A stretch of DNA of 64,000 nucleotides from Podarcis tiliguerta (Eukaryota): assembly GCA_965153285.1 (NCBI GenBank), contig OZ229126.1; one strand, 5' to 3'. Of this stretch, positions 40,201-49,834 are shown in pieces (position 1 is the first letter of the stretch; every line of letters starts with the position of its first letter). The position numbers and the translations under genes are program-made. Under the pieces are notes generated by a model. That model saw nothing but the letters and a program-made list of their open reading frames with translations. It had not been told where the DNA came from and searched no databases.

Positions 40201-43200
40201 TAATCCAGCCCCATGTTCTGCCCCAGTTCCAAGTGGTTCCAATTATTCTTACATGGCATAATACAAATTAAGAGGCAGACAAGCTAGTAATCGTGAGCAA
40301 ATCATGGGCTTTCTGTGCCATCTGTGAGGGCCTGGACTGGGAGAAAAGCTAGTGACCACATATAATCTCAGCAGCTTGTTATGGCTAATTTTTTTTTTTT
40401 AAGGAATATTCCCTATGGTAAAGCTGCACAAGATGAAAATCCTGTGCACTGTCTGCATCTTCTCTCTCTCTCTCCTCCCCATTCAAAGGGCTTCCAGGGA
40501 TGGGACAGGTTGCTCTTGCCAGGGGTCTGAACCAATTGCTTACAGAGGGCTCCCATCCTCCTCCCTCCATTACTGCATCCCTTTTGGCTTTTTTGCCCAA
40601 TGCGCCTACCTTCTCTTCCTCTAGACTCCCCACGCCCAGGTAAAATTAAGCCAATGGCTACAATCTCAAAAGACTTGAGTTCCAGCTTCTGAAATCCACA
40701 CTTCAGATCCATGGCTTCCCGGATCCCTTTTTTTTTTTAATGCATCACACAAAATGCCTGCATGACAGTCTTAAGACCATCTGAGAATTAGGAAAGGGGT
40801 GGGATATACATTTGACAACAATTGGCATGGGATGGAATTTCAGTGAGTGAAATAATGGAACAGAGACAGTAAAGACTGTGCAAATTCAAACAAAACAAGG
40901 ACATCTGAAGAGCTTAACCGGTTTATTGTGGGATCTGTGTTTGTAAACAGAGTGAGAAAGAGCAGAGAATACATCCCATTCCATATTCTAGCAAGGCACG
41001 CCTTTGGAAACTTGTTCTTAGATCAACAGCAGGAACTGCTTCTCCTCTCCACCACACTCACCATCCCCAGTTAGCATATATTTGCCTCCAAGCAGGCTAC
41101 TTAAAAAACAGACAGATGTACCACTAAATCCCCTAACAAGATCAAAGGGCATTTGGAGAAGAAGGGAGAGGAAGCAGGAGGTTGTAAATAAACTGTAATT
41201 AAGCGAGAACCTTGCAGCCTGGAAGGAAACAGGCAAGGCCTTAGGTTCTTGGGGACTGGTCCAGGAAACTACCTCACCCTTTCCTTTAGATAAGGAAGTT
41301 GTTTTATCAGGGAATCCATGCAGAACAATGCACACAGTTTCCGAGCAGAACAAAAACACCGCAAAGTCACATCACAGACTGGGAATGGTCCGAAAAGCAA
41401 ACAAGTCTAACTGCCTGCTTCATGGAAAGACCCGCACAGTTCCACATCAAACCAGATCACACTGAGTGCCTGAAGTAATAACATCTCTGAATAATATCCT
41501 CTGTTTTTTTATCCCGCATATACTCCAAAGAGCTTGGAGTGGCACTTTAGCTTTGCAACAAACCTATGAGGCAGTTTAGCAATTGGGCACGCAAGTTCTC
41601 AGAGTGCTGTAAAATCTGAACACGGAACAATTGTTCTAAGTTTTATGAGTGTGCAGGCAACTCTGATGGTGCTAGGAGGGCTGTCCCTTTAACAGACCAA
41701 AGGATCTAGGGATCTGGGCGGCCAAAGCAACCCAGGGTTCATGAGCGAAGACGGAAGGTCACCGTGCACATGAAGATTTCATTAGAGATCTTTTCCCAAG
41801 ACCTCCCTGGCCCCCAAAGACATGTTTCTAACATTCATGACAACTACAGCTCGAAGCAAGCTCAAAGCAGAGACTAAGTAAACCTTCCAGTGGCAGCAGG
41901 TTCTCTCTCATCACTGCTTGGCACAACCCTTGAGCAGATTTCCCCCAATAATCCTCTCGCATTACCTGATCAGGAAGTTACGGCCAATTGGCACAATTTC
42001 CCCTAGAATCTTGAATTTATAGTTTCCAGTTGCAGGGCTGAGGATTCTTATTTTCCTTTTTCCTGTTCAGAACTGAATATGTGTTCAAAACAAAACAAGA
42101 ATCCTGGCCTGCAGGACCCAGAGATTAGCTCTCCAATGCTAAAGTGAAGGCATTATTACTATATGTTACAGGCATATATAACAAAACTCCGACAGCTGCT
42201 TCTATTAGGCGAAAGCACTATCAGGATGGGGTGATTTGGAACACAGAAGCATCTGCCGTTTCCCCCCATTCCCCCTGCAAGGTTCAAGATGAATGTTTAC
42301 CATCAAAGCCAACCATCTAGAATCTCATGGAAGCAGGGCTCAGGGCCAAACTAGATGAGATTTTTCAATTTAATGAGAATGGACTTTTTAAAAATGCATG
42401 TTGCATCAGCAAGGAGAGTGGAACAAACACTGAGAGGAAATTTTAACACCGTCCTTCCCTGCCACAGTCCTGAGGAAAAGCCTTCTTCTGAAGTTAATGT
42501 TTTCTTCCATTGAGAAATCCCCCAGCGGCACCTTCAGCAATCTCTTCAGGAACACATGGAGGAAATGTTTACATTCCTCCCATGCACCTGCTGTAATCCT
42601 GATAACTATATCTCACACACAGAGACGCATTAAAGCTGATAATATTTGCATTAAATAAATAAAAAAGCCTGCACTTAAAACACACAGAGTCATTTAACAT
42701 CATATAACTTCTAGTTTGACCCCCCAGGGAGAGTAACTGCACCGGGGGGGGAAACAGCAAGCAGGGAAAGGGTTAAGCACCACCCACTCACCATCACTTT
42801 TCCACTCCAAATACCCCTTTCCCAATACAGTACTGGTTTTTTTCCTAACTGCAGTTGCTGGCTGGGTTACCCAGGTTTGTAAGTAATATGTAGCTCTACC
42901 CTGAATCAGTTCCTGCTGATTTAACTGCGATGCTCCCCAGCCCAAATGGCCTAGAAGAAAAGATTAGAGGCCATAGGGGTCAAGGTCTGTTCAGCCCCCC
43001 CCCCCAATAAAATATTTGAGGGGGCTGGGCTCCCACAAAGTTGATGGGCATTGCCATTCAAATGGCATGCAAGCGCTGCATCTTGTGACTGATTATGTGG
43101 GGTGGGGCTTACCTGGGTCCCTCCAATATTTTATTCAAGTTGGTTCCCCTGCTGGGGCAGCAGCCTAACAGTTTGGGGGCTTGTTTTTGTTTTCTGAGGT

Positions 43201-46200
43201 GGGAGACTAACCAAAGCCACAAGCCATAAATTATTCTCTGCTTGTGCTGTGGCCTGCCAAGCTAAATAAAGCAAAACATTTTCCAAAGTGACACCTCCAC
43301 CATGCCTTTGTGTGCTCTAGAGCACTGAGCCAAACAGACTAATGCCTCGTTCATTTCTTCTGCACACACTGGCCTCCCAGAAGGAAAAGGGAACCATGCT
43401 CACTGCAAGTAACATTATCAAGAAGAACATTATCTGAAGGTTCTCCAGGATATTTTTTTATTTTTTTATGTATTATCAAGAACAGGGGGAGAATATAGAC
43501 TCCTCAGCCTTCTCCTTGAAACTATTATTGAGAAACTCCACCCACCTTCAGGAAAGGACTATCTAAGGATATAGATGATATAGCTAAAGGACAGGAAAGA
43601 AGCAAGCCAAAAGAACCTCTGGTTTTTAAAGTCTTGGTTTCCAAGTCCATTCCACACAAGAAGATATTTCAAAGTTCTCTCAACTTTGTCATACTTGAAT
43701 ATCATTCCTGAAAGCCAGGTTGCAGGGGCAGTTGAAGTTTCAACCAACTTCCACTGGATTCAAGGCTACCATTCTCAGATTCACATGTAACAATAGCCAC
43801 CCACGAATTCAGGTTTCAAACTAATGAGAGTCCCGCTATAGCAACAAGGACTTGCTCTAGCACAGCAGGGCTTTCCCCTGCTCCTTGCACCATTCGCCTC
43901 TGAAATTAGTCACGGTGGGGTCTGGAGAATCCCCAGAAACAGCATGAAGGGGAAGGGGGGTGTTGTTCCATCTGGCAAGCTAAAAAAGGTTTGCACTGAC
44001 ATTACAATTGCCATAGCACTAGGTTGAATTCCTCCCCATGTCCAGACTACCTACACTGATTTCATGACTCAACAAATTCTCCAAGTTGCCCAGAACACAA
44101 GCAACCAACCTTCCAACAGGCTGTCCCACAGCCTGACCTGGCCACTTTTCCTGCAGTGTTTCAGATACTATCTCAAGGTGGTGAGGATGTAAAAAGCCCC
44201 AATGTTTGTGGAGGGCATCTCTCTGTCTTCCTCTCCTGCCCCTTTGTCATTGCTATGCTCAATTAATCTAACCTCAGTAACAATAATAGTACTGAACAAA
44301 GACACAACTCTCTTGAGAACCTCACAGGCCAACCAATGAGGAACCTCATAGGTTTGTTGCAAGGCTAACGTAAAACTCCCACATTTTGGGAGAATGTGTA
44401 AGCTATTAACACAATGAATAATATTCAGAGACTGTTGTCTTGGGTGTAATCCTCAGATATTAAGAAGAAAGAATTCCAGGATTTCTAAGCAATACCTACT
44501 GCTGGCACTCTTGGGTTGAAGGTGAGTTCACATTTTTCTGTCTTTCTGAAATCATTCTCTGCTGTGATAAATGGCTCAGGGCAGACTGCCAGCCCTGAAC
44601 ACAAGAGCTTTATTGCTATATTTATGTAGCCGGAAAGGAAGGGAGTTTCTGTCATCAATGTTCACCTCATCCTATAAGCCTGTGTTTCTCAAACCTGTGT
44701 CCCCAGCTCTTGTTGGACAACTCCCATCATCCCTATAAAATAAAATAGTGCAGTGGAATCTCGGAAGTCGAACGTAATCCATTCAAGAAGGATATTCGAC
44801 TTCCAAAACGTTTGAATTCCGAGGGATGGCTTCTGATTGGTTGACAGCTAGGCTTTCTGCAGATTGGAAGCCGCATTGGACGTTCAGGTTCCAATGAACA
44901 TTCAAAAACCAGAAGACTTACTTCCAGGTTTTTGATGTTCGGGAGCCGAAACATTCGGGAATGGAGTGGTTCGAGAACCAAGGTTCCACTGTACAGTCAA
45001 ATACAACCTTATCTCCTCATCTATTCACAATTACCCTTGAATACAAAGTCTTGTAGTACCTCAAAGAGTTACAAATTTATTATGGCATAAGCTTTCATAG
45101 ACAAGTGTCTACACATCAGATGCATCCTAAACTGGCAGTATATTACACAGACACACTAGGAAAAAAGAGATCTAAATCTCCCTGTGGGGAATAAAGGTGT
45201 ACATTCCTCCATCTAAAGCAACTATTGAGGACCTGTTATTGCACCCATGTTCCTCTATAGGTCTATCGCTGCCTTGATAAAGAAAGAGAAAACCAAGAGC
45301 GGCCACAGAACCAGAGTACCAGAAATTATTCACCCTCAACTTCTGCCAGCACTGAAGTCACCCTGAGGCTCCCCACAGTGCCTTGTGCTTCACAAACAGG
45401 CAACCAGACGCATTTTAGTTATTTGTTGCCCGCTAGCATTTAAGGGAAGAAAGGGTGGAGTGGCAGGAAGAGAGAGAACATTTTGGTTTCAAAAACTGCT
45501 GCTCAAGTTTAAATGAGCTGCAACTGGAAGGGCTCACTCAAGAACCATTCAAGCAACAACAATAACCATTAGGCTGCATTCCAAAAACATTAGCTTGAAC
45601 TTTCCAGTGAGCGGTCAAAAAGGAGCAAAGGCAGGAAGCAAATGGGGGGGGGGGGAATACATGCAAGAAAAATCAGAGCACATCTGCCAAGGCTCCTCCC
45701 ATCAAAAGGAAGATACTGTTTCCTTCCTTTCCATAAAACACACTGCAAACAGGGACTGAGATTTAAGCATGCGCTGCTACTTATCCACTAAGGATCTGTT
45801 CCCACAAACATGTTTCCTCCCACGCTTGCAACATGAGAGCTTCCTGAGAAGTCTCAGGCTTATTCAGGCAGACACCCTCAAGAAAGAGATTAGCTTTGCT
45901 AATCTGAAAGCAAAATTCTCTCTCCTTGCTCTTCAGTATTAAAGTCCAGCTTAATATGCATTTGGGCTTCTTCTTGGCAAGCCTCCAGCTCCAGACCTCT
46001 AGCCCTTATAATTACAGAAACCATTCTTCTTTCTCAGAATCCCCAGGCAAAGGTGCGTCCCCACAAAAACTGAGACCTATTGTCAGCCTGTGCACAGTCT
46101 ATTTGTCCTCCACAGAGCTAGAAATGTGCTGCATTTCAGTATTCTCCAAAGACAGCTTCCGAATATCCAAGACAAAAAGTTCTGCCCTAATGTTAGACTT

Positions 46201-49200
46201 GCAAGATCCTGAAAATACCATATATACCTGTATTCCCTATTCTGGAGCCCTCCAGATGTTTTGGCAGAGCTGAAGGTCGTTGGACCCAAAAACATCTGCA
46301 GGGCGCCAGATTGGGAAAGGCTGGTCTGTAATGTGTAGCAATATAGCTGAATGCCGATCAACTACCAAATTCATTCCCAAATAGACACACACAAGATTGT
46401 ACTTCAAATCTTCCCATAAACAAAAGTGGCTCACATCCAACTAAAGCATCCTCACTTTCTTTCTTTTTCTTTTTTCTTTATTTACTGTATGCTGTGTGAA
46501 GCTAAGTCAGTGCAGGTAAGTAACGCAATGAGTATACAAAGGTAAATGATGCTACACTTATAACCCAACATCTATAAGCAGAATACAGTATAGCAATAGT
46601 AACAAACATTCCATCCGCTTAAAGGTTCGCCAGGATAGTTTGGGGGAGGGGTTATCACTGTTAAAATTATGAGACTTGAGAATCCAAACCATCAATTAGC
46701 ATTAACACTCATTTATGAGCTGCCTTAAAGCCACTGGTTCATCTAGCACTATGTCCAGTACTCAAAAGGTTTCCAACAGGGGTCTTTCCCACCCTTACCA
46801 GCAGATGCAAAGGAACAACCTGCTTGCAAATGAGGCTCTCTGTCATTGTGCTAGGGCCCCTCACATTTTGATAGCTGAAGTACACGTTTTTCTGAATTAT
46901 AATTGGAGGCACATTCCAAGTCTGCAGCTCAAAAAGTTTGTAAGAGTATACATTCTCATCTTTCTGCGTTTCCTAATAAGTCACTGATCTGAGTGTGTTT
47001 TCAGAATAGAAGGACAAGGCCAGAACAGTGTATCATGCAGAGACACAGCAGACAGATTCTCCTAGTAGACTCATGGGAGCTTCTACTCATATAATCACAG
47101 ACTCATAGAATTGTAGAGTTGGACGGAACCCTGAGGGTCATCTAGTCCAACTCCCTGCAATGCAGGAATATACAGATGGTCATATGGTGATCAAACCCAC
47201 AACATTGGCATTTTCAGCACCATGTTCTAACCAACTGAGCTACGAGTCATTCACTATGTTAGCAAAATGAGTGCTATCGCATGTGGGCACATTTGTAACC
47301 AAAAAAGGGGGGAGAACAGAGTGGGAAAAGGCTATCTATTGGGGGGGTTTAGGGTCCACATGATCACCCAATCGCCACCCCCACTGCAAGCCACAAAAGC
47401 TCACAGAGGCTGAGGACTAGTGACTTGTTTAAGGATGCTTAGTAAGTTTGTAGCAATAGGACTTCAAGCAGCTCTCTTAACCACAATCTTATACTAGCTC
47501 TCAAAATAGATAATAAAAATGACCATTACAATTAAACAACAGTATATTCTACTATCAACTATTTCACTGTTGAAACATAGCCTACAGATTCATATTGTTA
47601 AACATCTACCTATTTCACAGATCCACACACTGAAGTATATGAACAACCTTGATTTTGAAAAACACTTTATTCATTCATTCATTCATACATACATACATAC
47701 ATACATATTCAGGCTACCAGTATAGTATGGACATACACATTTTTAGTAGTCTGCAGAAAAACTTTCCCTACAAACAAATGTATGCATGTGCTTCGTTTGT
47801 TAAAAAGCTACTTGTCTAGCTTTTTAAAAACTTGAAGCTAATTATTAAAAGCTTAGCCTTGCCTTGACTTGCTAAGAAGCTCCCATTTGTTTATCAAAAA
47901 AAGAACCTTTTAAACTAAGTATGTAGAGCAGAGATGGAGTGAAAGAGAATACCATGTCTTCATCCCAAATTAACTCCAAGAAAAAGGAAAAAGTAAGATA
48001 CAAAGTGTACAATATATGCCATGCTATCAATCAGAATGAGTACAGCAGATTGACACTGAAGATCTATAATCTGATTCTGGTAGTCTTGCACTCTACCTCC
48101 CTGAAAGTTACCATATGTCTGTCTGTCTGTCTCTCTCCCTACTGCTCCTGTCATGTGAACTCAACCAATTCAAAGTAGCTTCACTTTATGAGGATGGGGA
48201 ATGTGGAAGATGATTACACATTCATCTATCACAAGAATGGGCAATCCGTTTTGCCTCCACCTCTATAATGGTGATAATCTGCTGTACCCTTGTTTGTAGG
48301 GCTGTTGTTCCACCATGAAGTATACTTCTTCTGAAAGGCAAATCAAGCCCTCCCTCTGTTCCACTACTTCTGGTGGAAAAATGGGAGTGTACAGATGAAG
48401 AAGAGACCATTAGAACAGCAACAAGAAAGGGAGTGCAGCAATGCATTTAACAGTTACATATACTGTCCCACTCATTTGTCGTTAAAATATATATTCAGCT
48501 TTGAAATGTACAGTGGTACCTCTGGTTATGTACTTAATTCGTTCCAGAGGTCTGTTCTTAACCTGAAACTGTTCTTAACCTGAAGCACCACTTTAGCTAA
48601 TGGGGCCTCCCGCTGCTGCCGCGCCACCGGAGCACGATTTCTGTTCTTAACCCGAGGTACTATTTCTGGGTTAGCGGACTCTGTAACCTGAAGCGTATGT
48701 AACCTGAAGCATATGTAACCCGAGGTACCACTGTATTGTTTAACCCTTGCTACCTCTGTGGCCTCACCCATATTAAAATGCTAACATGTAAACTGCTTGG
48801 GATAGAGACCTGGCCTTTTGTATTACTCTGTAAGCTGTGTTGTTATTGCTGCTGTTGTTTAGTCATGTCCAACTCTTCGTGACCCCATGGACCAGAGCAC
48901 GCCAGGCACTCCTATCTTCCACTGCCTCCCGCAGTTTGGTCAAACTCATGCTGGTAGCTTCGAGAACACTGTCCAACCATCTCATCCTCTGTCATCCCCT
49001 TCTTCTCGTGCCCTCCATCTTTCCCAACATCAGGGTCTTTTCCAGGGAGTCTTCTCTTCTCATGAGGTGGCCAAAGTATTGGAGCCTCAGCTTCAGGATC
49101 TGTCCTTCCAGTGAGCACTCAGGGCTGTTTCCTTAAGAATGAACAGGTTTGGTCTTCTTGCAGTCCATGGGACTTTCAAGAGTCTCCTCCAGCGCCTTAA

Positions 49201-49797
49201 TTCAAAAGCATCAATTCTTCGGGCAAGATACAGAATGAAGAAAACAGCAGCAGACACCCTGAATTTGAACAGGTGAGCACACAAGATCGCATCCTTGTGT
49301 TGCACATGAATTAACCTAGAGCAGCCATTAGCACCTGCCCACACACCCCTCCAGGACTGAACCCATACCGAAAGTGATAGTGTCTGGATGGATGGGCTCA
49401 CTGTTCTTATTCCTCTTTGACCTTACTTTTGTACATACAATTATTCCTGCATTGCAGGGGGTTGGACTAGATGATCCTCAGGGTCCCTTCCAACTTTACA
49501 ATTCTATGATTCTAACCCCAAGACTGGAGTAACTTAGTAACTAGAGCATCCATTCAGGTAGCCCGTGTAGTGGCACTCAGAGCAGAAACAAAAAAGGGCA
49601 AGATCAGGGATGGTCAATCTTTTGAACCACACTTACCTCCCCTACAACATACCAGCGAACCCCAAAAGTCTTAGCAGAAGCATGCATAGGCAAGGAACAA
49701 TTTCCTGAGGACTAGTTTCTATTCCTTTCCTCCCTCCCCCGCAACATACCAATGAACCGCAAGCAGCTTAGCGCTGGCATACATATAGGCAAGGGAG

Positions 49798-49834
<37 letters not shown>

